Notes: generated by a model not told the origin, from the letters alone. DNA of 64,000 nt from Elusimicrobiota bacterium (GCA_027452025.1 DAIDHI010000086.1:15294-79293); one strand, 5' to 3'. Positions 26,544-35,636 are shown, numbered from the stretch's first letter. Numbers and translations: made by a program.

Positions 26544-27847
26544 TGCGCGCCAAGAGGCTCGCGTCGCAAAGCGGGCAGATCCTGCTGATCGTCCTGGCCC
26601 TGCTGATCGTTGCCAGCGTCCTCGTGCCGCTGATGGTCTACTACGCGCAGCGCGAGTCCGTCTGGACGGCCAAGCAGGCCAAGACGACGACGGCCTTCCA
26701 CCTCGCCGAGTCGGGCATCGAGAAGGGCTATCGGGCCGTCACCGCTTCCACCGTGACGTGGAACGACCTTCAAAACGGGACCCTCATGAGCGGCTACAAG
26801 TTCGATCAGGCCTACGACGACGTCGCCGGCGGCAGCTACGCCATCTCGATTTCGAGCGGCCCCAGCACCCAGGAAGCCACGATCATCTCGGTGGGCAAGG
26901 ACGCGCTGGGCCGCGAGGTCCGGGGCATAGAGGCCGTCTACGCCAACTCCACTCTCAGCGACGTCGCCATCATGGGCGGCGCGGGCGTCGACGTCAGCGG
27001 CAACAACATGACTATCCAGTGGGGCTCGGTCGTCAGCCAAAGCTCGATTACGCCCAACGGAGCGCTCTATCCCAGCTATTGGAGCGCCTCGGACATCGTC
27101 GGCCTGGACACCAACGGCGCGACGCCCCCCAATTGCGACTCGCCCAACTGCTGGTGGTGGCACTCCTACGATTCGTCGCTCCCGTCCATGCCCACCCTTG
27201 ATTTCATGTCCTATGAGAGCTCGGCCGCCGCTGAGGACGCCGCCTGCGCCGGCGGCACCGGCTCCTGCGCCTGCGCGGCCTGCGGGCATTTCGACACCAC
27301 GAGCTGCAGCGGCTCCTGCGACGACACCGGCGGCCACACCTACTACGTGACCGGCAACTGGTCGAGCTTCGGCGGCCCGCTCAAGGGCAACATCGTCATT
27401 CTCGGCAACGTGACCACGCCAAACGGCTCGATGAGCGGGCAATCCATCAGCGCCGCCGTCCCTCAGCAGGCCTGGATGCAGTACTGCAACGACTGGAGCT
27501 ATTATCTGTCCACCTTCGGCGACACCGTGGCGCAGAGCAAGTATCCCAACAGCTGCCCCGGGCTCTACAGCTCGTATAAATCGGCCTCGACGCTCACCTA
27601 TCCGATCACCCCGGTCGTCGACGGACTGCTTTATATCGGCGGCAACTTCACGGGGCCGACCGGCGGCGGAAACAGCACGCTCGGCTACGGCGTCTTGATG
27701 GTAAAGGGGACCGTCACTCTCAACTCGAACTCCCATGTGACGTGGTATTACAGCTCCGCCGCGAGCCAAGGCATCATGACGACGACGGTCAATCTCAGCC
27801 GCATCTCCTGGCAGGACTACGTCACGCCCTGGCCCTCCGGCCTGTAG
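26543..27847 (+). CDS. GspK/PilX-like pseudopilin with Cys-rich insert
   Basis: 434 aa; N-terminal SGQILLIVLALLIVASVLVPLMVY hydrophobic segment typical of GspK/PilX. Ser/Thr/Asn-rich; insert CAGGTGSCACAACGHFDTTSCSGSCDDTGGH; overlaps the upstream stop (TGATG). Confidence 0.55.
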   Translation: MRAKRLASQSGQILLIVLALLIVASVLVPLMVYYAQRESVWTAKQAKTTTAFHLAESGIEKGYRAVTASTVTWNDLQNGTLMSGYKFDQAYDDVAGGSYAISISSGPSTQEATIISVGKDALGREVRGIEAVYANSTLSDVAIMGGAGVDVSGNNMTIQWGSVVSQSSITPNGALYPSYWSASDIVGLDTNGATPPNCDSPNCWWWHSYDSSLPSMPTLDFMSYESSAAAEDAACAGGTGSCACAACGHFDTTSCSGSCDDTGGHTYYVTGNWSSFGGPLKGNIVILGNVTTPNGSMSGQSISAAVPQQAWMQYCNDWSYYLSTFGDTVAQSKYPNSCPGLYSSYKSASTLTYPITPVVDGLLYIGGNFTGPTGGGNSTLGYGVLMVKGTVTLNSNSHVTWYYSSAASQGIMTTTVNLSRISWQDYVTPWPSGL

Positions 27848-27867
27848 GGCCGATTTGCTAAAATCCC

Positions 27868-28503
27868 GTGGTGCCAGCCAAAGCCCCTCGGGGGCTCTTT
27901 GTCGTCTTCGAGGGCCCCGACAAGTCCGGCAAGTCCACGCAAGCGCGCCTCCTGGCCGACGCCTTGAGGCAGCGCGGCTTCTCGGTGGTGCACACGCGCG
28001 AGCCGGGCGGCACCTCGTTCGCCGAGGAAGTGCGCCGCATCCTGCTCTCGCCCGACCATGCCGTCCGTCCCCTGGCCGAGCTGCTCCTTTACGAGGCCTC
28101 GCGGGCCCAGCACACAGACGAGAAGCTGCGGCCGGCGTTAAGAGCCGGCCGCGTCGTCGTCTGCGAACGCTACACCTTGTCCACGCAGGTCTATCAAGGC
28201 CGCGCGCGCGGCATCCCTCTCAAGACCATCGACGCCGCCAACGCCCTGGCCACCGCAGGCCTAAAGCCCGATCTGACCTTCGTGCTCGACATCCCGGAGG
28301 AGGACTTCGACTCGCGCGACGCCGGCCGCGAGCACGACCGCCTGGAACGCGAGCCCGAATCGTTCCGCCGGAGGGTGCGGGAAGGCTACCGCGCCCTGGC
28401 CCCGAAGGCCAAGGCCGCGCTGCTGGACGGCCGCCGGCCCGTCGAGGAGCTGCACCGCCGCATCCTCGCCGCGGTTTTGAAGCGCCTGGAGCGCCGGAGG
28501 TGA
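27868..28503 (+). CDS. tmk: Thymidylate kinase
   Basis: 211 aa; P-loop FEGPDKSGKSTQ, TREPGGT and LID region. Confidence 0.9.
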   Translation: MVPAKAPRGLFVVFEGPDKSGKSTQARLLADALRQRGFSVVHTREPGGTSFAEEVRRILLSPDHAVRPLAELLLYEASRAQHTDEKLRPALRAGRVVVCERYTLSTQVYQGRARGIPLKTIDAANALATAGLKPDLTFVLDIPEEDFDSRDAGREHDRLEREPESFRRRVREGYRALAPKAKAALLDGRRPVEELHRRILAAVLKRLERRR

Positions 28504-29441
28504 GCCTCTTTCGCCTGTCCGGCCAGGCCCGCGCCGTCAAGGCCCTCGAGGGCCTCATCGGCGCCGGACGCCTGCCCTCGGCCATCCTGCTGTCGGGCAT
28601 CGAAGGCTGCGGCAAGGCCCGCCTGGCCCACGAGCTGGCCCAGCTCCTCGTCTGCCCGCGGCGGCCCCCGGACGGGCCTGCGTGCGGCGACTGCCGCGAC
28701 TGCCAAGCCGTGGCCAAGCGCGTCCACCCCGACGTCAAGGCCGTGGACGCCGCTTACCAGGCCGCGCTGCGCGAGGAAGAAGCCGCCAAGCAGCGGAGCT
28801 TGCGCGTCGATACCATCCGGCACCTGCGCCGGGACATGGAGCTCAAGTCCCTGCTCGGCGGCTGGAAGGTCGCCGTCATCGAGGACGCCCACACCCTGGA
28901 GATCGAAGCCGCCAACGCGCTGCTCAAGATCCTGGAAGAGCCTCCTCCCAAGACGCTCTGGCTCCTCGTCACCTCCCAGCGCGACCGCATCCCGAAAACC
29001 GTGCTTTCGCGCTGCTTCCAGCTGCGCTGCTCGCCGCTTCCCGACGAAGCGGTCGCGGCGATCCTCGCGGCCCAAGGCGTCGACGCCGGGCGGGCGCGGG
29101 AGCTGGCCGCCCTGTGCGAAGGCTCGGCCAGCCGGGCCCTCGAGCTTTCCCGCCGCGAGGGCTGGCCCGCGGCCCTGACGCAAGGCCCGCTGGGGCCGAT
29201 CGCCGCGGGAGACTCCCTGCCCAAGGAGCTTTATCTGGCGCGCGCCGAAGCCGAGCTCGCTCTCTTCGCCCTCGGCCAGCGGCTGCGGCTGCGGCCCCTG
29301 TCCGGCGAGGCCGATTTCGAGGCGGTAGACCGCCCCCTGCGCGAGCTGGCCGAGCTTCGCCGGGCGCTGCGCGCCAACGCCGATCCCCGGGCCGTGCTGA
29401 CGCTGGCCGCCCTCGAAACCCAAGGAGCCTTGGCGAAATGA
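28500..29441 (+). CDS. holB: DNA polymerase III delta-prime subunit
   Basis: GTG start overlapping the tmk stop. AAA+ clamp-loader: AILLSGIEGCGKARLA, Zn-module-like CPRRPPDGPACGDCRDC, SRC motif VLSRCFQL. Confidence 0.8.
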   Translation: MSLFRLSGQARAVKALEGLIGAGRLPSAILLSGIEGCGKARLAHELAQLLVCPRRPPDGPACGDCRDCQAVAKRVHPDVKAVDAAYQAALREEEAAKQRSLRVDTIRHLRRDMELKSLLGGWKVAVIEDAHTLEIEAANALLKILEEPPPKTLWLLVTSQRDRIPKTVLSRCFQLRCSPLPDEAVAAILAAQGVDAGRARELAALCEGSASRALELSRREGWPAALTQGPLGPIAAGDSLPKELYLARAEAELALFALGQRLRLRPLSGEADFEAVDRPLRELAELRRALRANADPRAVLTLAALETQGALAK

Positions 29442-30964
29442 AGAAGTTCTACATCACGACCCCCATCTACTACATCAACGCCGCTCCGCACATCGGCCAC
29501 GCCTACACCACCGTGGCCGCCGACGTGCTTGCGCGCTACCACCGCCACCGAGGGACCCCCGTCTATCTTTTGACGGGCACAGACGAACACGGCCTCAAGA
29601 TCGAGCAGGCGGCCAAGGAGCACGGCGTCAGCCCCAAGGAATACGCCGACGAGATCTCGGAGAAGTTCCGGCACCTGTGGAAGCATCTCGACGTCCATTA
29701 CGACGACTTCGTGCGCACCACCGAACCCCGCCACGAAAAGAAAGTCCAGGAGGTCTTCGCCAAGCTCCAGCAGTCGGGCGACATCTACAAGGGCCACTAC
29801 AAGGGCTTTTACTGCCTCTCCGACGAGACATTCTGGACGGAGACCGAGGCGCCGGCTGACGAGAAGAATATCCGCAGGTGCCCGAACGCCGACTGCCGCC
29901 GTCCCCTGCAGCTCGTGGAAGAGGAGAGCTACTTCTTCCGCCTTTCCAGCTTCCAGAAGAGGCTGCTCGACCACTACCAAGCCAACCCGGCCTTCCTGTC
30001 TCCGGAGCACCGCGGCAAGGAGATCCTGGCCTTCGTCAGGGAAGGCCTCAAGGACATCTCGATCTCGCGCGCCAAGGTCAAATGGGGCGTGCCCGTGCCC
30101 GGCGACGCCGAGCAGACCGTCTACGTCTGGTTCGACGCCCTGCTCAACTACGTCTCGGCCGCCGCCGCCTCCCCTCACGCGTCTTTCGAGGAGCTGTGGC
30201 CGGCCGACGTGCACATCGTGGGCAAGGAGATCTATCGCTTCCACGCCGTCATCTGGCCGGCCATGCTCATGGCCCTGGGACTGCCGCTGCCCAAGACCGT
30301 CTTCGCCCACGGCTGGTGGACGGTCGAAGGCCAAAAGATGTCGAAGTCGAAAGGCAACTTCCTCGATCCCTACGACATCACCCGCGAGTTCGGCATCGAC
30401 GCCTTCCGCTTCTTTCTGCTGCGCGAGATGCCCTTCGGCAACGACGGGGACTTCTCTCTCGATTCCCTGCGCCGCCGCTACAACGCCGATCTGGCCAACG
30501 ATCTCGGCAACCTCCTCAACCGCGTGGTCGACATGGTCGACCGCTATCTCGGCGGCGTGCTGCCCAAGCGATTCAACCCCGAGAAGGACTTCCTGCCCGC
30601 CAAAGTCGCCCAGCGCACGGCCGCCTACGACGAATGCATGCAGCGGCTGGATTTTTCCGGCGCCCTGGGCCTCGTCTGGGGCGTCATCTCCGAGCTCAAC
30701 CAGTACGTCAACGCCCAGGCGCCCTGGAAAGCGGCCAAGACCGACATGGAGAAGGTCAAGATCATCCTCTTCGACCTCGTCTCGTCGCTGCGCATCGTCG
30801 CCGGCTGGATCGACCCCTTCATGCCCCACACCGCGGCCAGGATCCAGTCGCAATTGGGCGTGCGGCAGTTTCCGGAGGCGCTCACCGCCGAACAGGTCCT
30901 GGCCGGAGCGCAGACTTCCAGCGGCAGGATTCAGAAGGGACCGGCGCTTTTTCCCAGGAAGTAG
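29438..30964 (+). CDS. metG: Methionyl-tRNA synthetase
   Basis: 508 aa; class I HIGH (PHIGHAY) and KMSKS motifs; ATGA overlap with the holB stop. Confidence 0.9.
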   Translation: MKKFYITTPIYYINAAPHIGHAYTTVAADVLARYHRHRGTPVYLLTGTDEHGLKIEQAAKEHGVSPKEYADEISEKFRHLWKHLDVHYDDFVRTTEPRHEKKVQEVFAKLQQSGDIYKGHYKGFYCLSDETFWTETEAPADEKNIRRCPNADCRRPLQLVEEESYFFRLSSFQKRLLDHYQANPAFLSPEHRGKEILAFVREGLKDISISRAKVKWGVPVPGDAEQTVYVWFDALLNYVSAAAASPHASFEELWPADVHIVGKEIYRFHAVIWPAMLMALGLPLPKTVFAHGWWTVEGQKMSKSKGNFLDPYDITREFGIDAFRFFLLREMPFGNDGDFSLDSLRRRYNADLANDLGNLLNRVVDMVDRYLGGVLPKRFNPEKDFLPAKVAQRTAAYDECMQRLDFSGALGLVWGVISELNQYVNAQAPWKAAKTDMEKVKIILFDLVSSLRIVAGWIDPFMPHTAARIQSQLGVRQFPEALTAEQVLAGAQTSSGRIQKGPALFPRK

Positions 30965-31750
30965 CTACGCGGCCGACGGCCCCGAGCGCAGCAGCCCGCG
31001 GGTCCGGCGCACGACCCAGCCGACGGGGCCGAGCAGCAGGTAGATCAGGAAGATGACGAAGACCGCGTTTTGCGGGAAGATGAAGATGATCATCGCCGCG
31101 ATCACCATCGCCAGGAGTATGCGGATGGACCTCGGCCTAAGGACGCTCGGCTGCTTGAAGGCCGGGTAGGGGATCGTCGAGATCATCAGGAAAGCCACCA
31201 CCAGGACCATGGCCGGCATCAGACCGTAGAGCGCCGGGATCTGGTCCATGATGAACTTCCACGTGTGGCCGGGCCGGCCTTCCTCGATCATCTGATACAG
31301 CAGCACGAACGACGCCAGGAATCCCGCGCCGCCCGGGATCGGCAGGCCGGTGAAATGGGTCTTGCTGCCGCCGCTGTCGTGGGCCACGGCGTTGAAGCGC
31401 GCCAGGCGCAGGCCTCCGCACATGGCGTAAAGAAAAGCGATCGGATAGCCGAAGACGCCGTAGTCCTTGAGGATGAACGCGTACATCATATGCGCCGGGG
31501 CGATGCCGAAGGTGAGGAAGTCGGAGAGGGAGTCGAACTCGATGCCGAAGGACGACTCGCCGTGGACCAGGCGCGCGATGCGGCCGTCGAGAGCGTCGAA
31601 GACCATGCCGACGAGGATGGCCGTGGCCGCGGAGACGAACTGCTGGCGCTGCACGGCCAAGAGCGCGTAGAAGCCGCAGGCCATGTTGCCGACGGTGAGG
31701 ATCGACGGCGCCAGGACCTGGCCGCCGCGCTTGAGGGCCAGCCTATCCAA
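30965..31750 (-). CDS. pssA: CDP-diacylglycerol--serine O-phosphatidyltransferase (CDP-alcohol phosphatidyltransferase family)
   Basis: 261 aa, multi-TM; DALDGRIAR...G...FDSLSD motif. Confidence 0.85.
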   Translation of the reverse strand: MDRLALKRGGQVLAPSILTVGNMACGFYALLAVQRQQFVSAATAILVGMVFDALDGRIARLVHGESSFGIEFDSLSDFLTFGIAPAHMMYAFILKDYGVFGYPIAFLYAMCGGLRLARFNAVAHDSGGSKTHFTGLPIPGGAGFLASFVLLYQMIEEGRPGHTWKFIMDQIPALYGLMPAMVLVVAFLMISTIPYPAFKQPSVLRPRSIRILLAMVIAAMIIFIFPQNAVFVIFLIYLLLGPVGWVVRRTRGLLRSGPSAA

Positions 31751-32428
31751 TCAGGCCCACTCCCCGACGGGCGTCACGCCCGACACCACGCGGTCGCCGG
31801 GCTTGACCACGCAGCGCGCCGAAGGCGGAAAATGCACGGCGACCTGCGAGCCGAAATAGATGATGCCGTAGCGCTGCCCGGCCAGGACCCGATCGCCGGG
31901 GCCCACCCACGTCTCGATGCGCCGGGCCACGAGGCCGGCGATCTGCTCGACGACGACGGGCGAGCGGCCCTCCGGCTGGATCGTGACGATGCTGCGCTCG
32001 TTGCCGCGCGCCTGATCCTTCATGGCGGCCAGGAAGGATCCTTTGACGTAGTCCGAAGCGACGACCTTGCCCGCGCAGGGCGCTCGCTGGACATGGACGT
32101 CGAAGATGGAGAGGAAGATGCGAAGAGTCAACCCGTCGCCGGGCCCCTCGCGCCCCACGCTGAGCACGACGCCCTGGCCGGGAGCGTAGATTTTATCCGC
32201 GTCGAGCGGCCCCGGGCGGTCCGGGTCGCGGAAAAAATACAAGCAGAAGGCGGCAAAGCCCAGACCCAGGGCGCAGAGGATGCCTCCGACCGCCGACAGC
32301 CAAGGCCTTTGGCTGGCGCCCGCCAAGACCAGCGCTCCCAGCCCGGCGAAAAAGGCGGCCAGGCCGGCGCCGATGAAGGGCCAGCCTTGCCTGGCGATGC
32401 GCACCGTCCGTCCGGAATCGTCGGCCAT
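31751..32428 (-). CDS. psd: Phosphatidylserine decarboxylase proenzyme (short type)
   Basis: 225 aa immediately downstream of pssA; N-terminal TM segments; FGSQ candidate self-cleavage site near the C-terminus. Confidence 0.8.
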   Translation of the reverse strand: MADDSGRTVRIARQGWPFIGAGLAAFFAGLGALVLAGASQRPWLSAVGGILCALGLGFAAFCLYFFRDPDRPGPLDADKIYAPGQGVVLSVGREGPGDGLTLRIFLSIFDVHVQRAPCAGKVVASDYVKGSFLAAMKDQARGNERSIVTIQPEGRSPVVVEQIAGLVARRIETWVGPGDRVLAGQRYGIIYFGSQVAVHFPPSARCVVKPGDRVVSGVTPVGEWA

Positions 32429-32435
32429 AGATCTT

Positions 32436-32519
32436 TGGGCAGGGCGGGATTCGAACCCACATGACCTTTCGGCCGAGGGATTTTAAGTCCCCTGCGTCTG
32501 CCAGTTCCGCCACCTGCCC
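32436..32519 (-). tRNA. tRNA-Leu (anticodon UAA), 84 nt, long variable arm
   Basis: The reverse complement GGGCAGGTGGCGGAACTGGCAGACGCAGGGGACTTAAAATCCCTCGGCCGAAAGGTCATGTGGGTTCGAATCCCGCCCTGCCCA folds into a cloverleaf. It has a 7-bp acceptor stem, 3-bp D stem, anticodon loop CUUAAAA, 15-nt variable arm and T-loop TTCGAAT. Confidence 0.85.
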
Positions 32520-32573
32520 TGCTTGGGAATTAAAGCACTTTTCCGGTTTCTTGGGACGCGGCGAGCCGCCGCG

Positions 32574-33209
32574 TCAGAACATCGGCGCCCAGGACAAGGC
32601 GCCGCAAACGTGCGCGGCAACCCCGGCCATGTTCAGGCCGATGGCCGTTCCCTCCATGAGCAACCGCGGCAAGCCGTCGAGCTTCTGGGCCTTGTGATGA
32701 AGCATGAGGGTAAAGGCCGAGGTGGCGAGATGCACGGCGATGCCCGAACCAGCCACTCCCGCGATGTTTCGACTGCCGAATAAGGTGCCGAGAGGATCCG
32801 ACTCGGCGCCGAGGCCTCGGGCGATGCCGATGACCGTCATCGTCCCGTCCACCGCGAAAGCGGCATGGTACATCCACCAGGAGATGTTGAAGAGCCGGTC
32901 GCCGATGCGCGGGCCGCGCGGTTGCGGCGCCTTTGAGGGCCGCGAAAGCGCCGGAACGAACGAATTCCGGCGGCCGGCCGCAGTCCTGGATGGCGCGGGA
33001 AGGCCGTCGCCCCGCGCGGCGTCCGCCGCCTCTTCGACAGGCGAGGCCGCGCGGCCGCGGAGCGCCGCGGCTCCATCGAAGACGTGCCGGCCGGCCGCGA
33101 TCTCCTGGGGAGAGGGGTCATCGAGCGCTTGGTCGGCGCGCGCCGGCGCGACTGACGCGCCGAGCAGAACCAGGGCGAGGAGCGCGCGAGACAGGTCCTT
33201 TGCCTTCAT
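32574..33209 (-). CDS. Secreted protein, tandem paralog A; predicted small outer-membrane beta-barrel-like domain ending in Phe
   Basis: Internal Met start MKAKDLSRALLALVLLGASVAPARADQ (signal peptide), low-complexity linker, conserved ~110-aa C-terminal domain WW.YHAA.AVD.TMT..GIA...HHKAQK...GALSW.P.F shared with 33226..33864. Confidence 0.5.
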   Translation of the reverse strand: MKAKDLSRALLALVLLGASVAPARADQALDDPSPQEIAAGRHVFDGAAALRGRAASPVEEAADAARGDGLPAPSRTAAGRRNSFVPALSRPSKAPQPRGPRIGDRLFNISWWMYHAAFAVDGTMTVIGIARGLGAESDPLGTLFGSRNIAGVAGSGIAVHLATSAFTLMLHHKAQKLDGLPRLLMEGTAIGLNMAGVAAHVCGALSWAPMF

Positions 33210-33225
33210 GAACCCCTTCGAGAGA

Positions 33226-33864
33226 TCAGAACAGCGGAACCCAGGACAGCGCGCCGCTGACATGCGCGGCGATCCCGGCGATATTGATGCCGATGGCCGC
33301 GCCGTTCAGCAGGAAGCGCGCCAGGCCATGGTGCTTCTGGGCCTTGTGATGGAGCCACATCGTGAAGGCGGAGACCCCGACATGCACCGCGATCAGCGAG
33401 CCGACCACCCCAGCCACGTTCCTTTTGCCGAATAGAGTGTTGATGGGATCGGCCTCGAAGCCCCGGTGCTGGGCGATGCCGAGGCCAGTCATCGTCGTGT
33501 CCACGGCCCAGGCCGCGTGATAGCCCCACCAGGAGACCGTGAAGAGCCGGTCTTGGAAGCGCTCGAAGCGGCTCTCCTTGCGCGGCCCTTTCGAGGCCCG
33601 AGAAGGCGCGGGGACGACCGAGTCCTTGCGGGCGGCCCGGGCCGAGGGCGCGAGAAGACCGCCGCCGCGGGCGCTGTCGGCCGCCTCTTCCACCGGCGAA
33701 GCCGGCCCGCCGGCCAGCCTCGAGGCTCCGTCGAAGACATGCCGGCCGACGGAGGCTTGCTGCGACGCCGAATCGTCCAGGCTCTGGTCGGCGCGCAGCG
33801 GCGCGACCGAAGCGCCGAGCAAGAGCAGCGCGAGGAGCGCGCGAAGCGGTCCCTTGGACCTCAT
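33226..33864 (-). CDS. Secreted protein, tandem paralog B of 32574..33209
   Basis: 212 aa with the same architecture: signal peptide, disordered linker, conserved C-terminal hydrophobic domain with C-terminal Phe. Confidence 0.5.
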   Translation of the reverse strand: MRSKGPLRALLALLLLGASVAPLRADQSLDDSASQQASVGRHVFDGASRLAGGPASPVEEAADSARGGGLLAPSARAARKDSVVPAPSRASKGPRKESRFERFQDRLFTVSWWGYHAAWAVDTTMTGLGIAQHRGFEADPINTLFGKRNVAGVVGSLIAVHVGVSAFTMWLHHKAQKHHGLARFLLNGAAIGINIAGIAAHVSGALSWVPLF

Positions 33865-33991
33865 GCCTCTAGTATAGCCGGACTGGACGAAACCTCAAGG
33901 GACCTCCAGTCCCGCTTCCTAGGACCTTTGGCGGCGCCGGGGCGGCCCGGATGGCCCAGGAAAGCGGGCGGCCCATGGAACATAATAGCGC

Positions 33992-34900
33992 ATGGTCGTT
34001 GCAGCGCTCGTCCTAGCCGCAAGCCTGCCGCGCGCCGCCGCCGCCCAGAGCTCCGCCTTGGCGCAGCTGCGGCAGATGGCCCCCGAAGATTCCGCGGTCG
34101 TCCTTCCCGCGCCGGCCGCCGCCCCGACGGGCGCCTGGGCCTCCGTCGTGGCTCCGCCGGACCGCTACGCCCAGGCCTCCCGGCTCGGGCGCCCCGCGAC
34201 CGTGGTCGACCTCGATGAGCAGCTCAACGTCCTGTGGCGCTCCGCCACCACTTTTCCCGCCGGCGATCGCACCGTCCACGTCTTCGGCCTCAAGGCGGAG
34301 AACGACGACAGCCGCAGCGGCTGGTTCGTCGGCTTGTACGTCGACGGCGCTCCCGGGCCGGTCTTCCTCAACGGCGCGGCGATGGCCCATTGCATCATCT
34401 GCTCCGGAGGCTACGGCAACGCCGTCCTCAACGGCATCCCGTTCGTCTTTCACATCGAGGGCATCGGGATCTTCCATCACTCTCCCAAGGATATCAAGCT
34501 CGTGGTCCAAGCCCAGGGGTTCAGGCGCGCCTTTTCCCTCTATCAGATCACCAAAGGCGTCTACGACGTCGGCTATCCCGTGCGCGTCGGCAGCACCGTC
34601 TACCACTTGATCTATACGCCCGATTTCGATAGCGACGGCAACGGGCACTTCTCCCATTACACGGGCGACCGCTCGATCTCCCTGATGTTTCAAGACGGAA
34701 GCGACTTCAGCGGCCTGCACCGCTACGAGCGGCAGATCCCGTCCGACGGGCGCGTGCTGATCACGACGCCGCTGCGGGTTGGATCCACGGGCGACAGCTA
34801 TCAGCCCGGAGACGTGACGCTCGGACTGCGCATCGACGGCCGCAATCTCGAGATCTACTACCCGATCAATCCGTCGGTTCCGACGACCTACGCGCCTTGA
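33992..34900 (+). CDS. Secreted hypothetical protein
   Basis: 302 aa; signal peptide MVVAALVLAASLPRAAAAQ; no family recognised. Confidence 0.45.
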   Translation: MVVAALVLAASLPRAAAAQSSALAQLRQMAPEDSAVVLPAPAAAPTGAWASVVAPPDRYAQASRLGRPATVVDLDEQLNVLWRSATTFPAGDRTVHVFGLKAENDDSRSGWFVGLYVDGAPGPVFLNGAAMAHCIICSGGYGNAVLNGIPFVFHIEGIGIFHHSPKDIKLVVQAQGFRRAFSLYQITKGVYDVGYPVRVGSTVYHLIYTPDFDSDGNGHFSHYTGDRSISLMFQDGSDFSGLHRYERQIPSDGRVLITTPLRVGSTGDSYQPGDVTLGLRIDGRNLEIYYPINPSVPTTYAP

Positions 34901-35628
34901 GCGGCGCCGGCCGCCAGCGCCACGTGGCGCTCCTCGTCTTGCGCGATGCGCGCGAAGATCGCGGCGGTCGCGGGATCGCGCGAAGACAGCATCTTCTCAA
35001 AGGCGAGCTCCGCCGCGCGCCCGCGCTCCTCGGCGCGCTTCATGAAGGCCGTGAATTCCACCGTCGTCCGGCACGCGGTCAGCGAGCGCCACAGGGCGTC
35101 CGACACCTCGCGCTGCGCGGGCGAAACGCCTAGCTGGTCCATGCGCCCGAGCAGCCAGCGCAGATGGCGGTCCTCCTCGTCGGCGATCTCCGTCCAGGCG
35201 CGCCGCAGGTCCTGCGCGGCGTCGGGCAGCGAGGCGGCGGCCCAGCGAAACGCCTCCCGGGCCTGAAGCTCGGCGAAGGCGGCCGTGCGCAGCCGGTCGC
35301 CCAAGCCCTCGGCCGTGGCGCGGCCGCGAGGCGCGGGCGCCTTACGCCCCGGAGGGCAGACGGCGAAGGGGCTCCAGTCCACTAGCGCGGGCGGGGCGAA
35401 TCCAGCTCCCGGGCGCGCCGCCACGTCAGCACGTACCAGGCGGCTCCGAAGGCGAAAAAGCCGGCCGCCGACCAGAGCGATCCGGAGCCGAAGAGGACCC
35501 TCGCCAGGAAGGCCAGCGAGACCGCCAGGCAGACCCAGCGCCACGGCCAGCGCCGCGCGCTGGCGACTCCCAAGGATGGGGAGCTTTCGACGGAGCCTTC
35601 CGACTCGGGCATGCGCAAGATGATACAA
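34888..35628 (-). CDS. Ferritin-like / DUF455-like protein (start uncertain)
   Basis: C-terminal half has helical ferritin-like E-x-x-H patterns (ADEEDRHLRWL, AQDEERHVALA). The annotated start lies 9 nt from a divergent gene, so the true start is probably internal. Confidence 0.4.
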   Translation of the reverse strand: MYHLAHARVGRLRRKLPILGSRQRAALAVALGLPGGLAGLPGEGPLRLRIALVGGRLFRLRSRLVRADVAARPGAGFAPPALVDWSPFAVCPPGRKAPAPRGRATAEGLGDRLRTAAFAELQAREAFRWAAASLPDAAQDLRRAWTEIADEEDRHLRWLLGRMDQLGVSPAQREVSDALWRSLTACRTTVEFTAFMKRAEERGRAAELAFEKMLSSRDPATAAIFARIAQDEERHVALAAGAAQGA

Positions 35629-35636
35629 TAATCCGC

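Noticed and set aside
32193-32513. 106-aa ORF and neighbours overlapping the tRNA-Leu gene
   Set aside because: The region folds into a canonical tRNA cloverleaf. The ORFs are incidental.
32436-33990. Genomic island integrated at tRNA-Leu
   Set aside because: No integrase, no direct repeat of the tRNA 3' end and no compositional shift were found. The adjacent paralogs look like a local duplication rather than mobile DNA.
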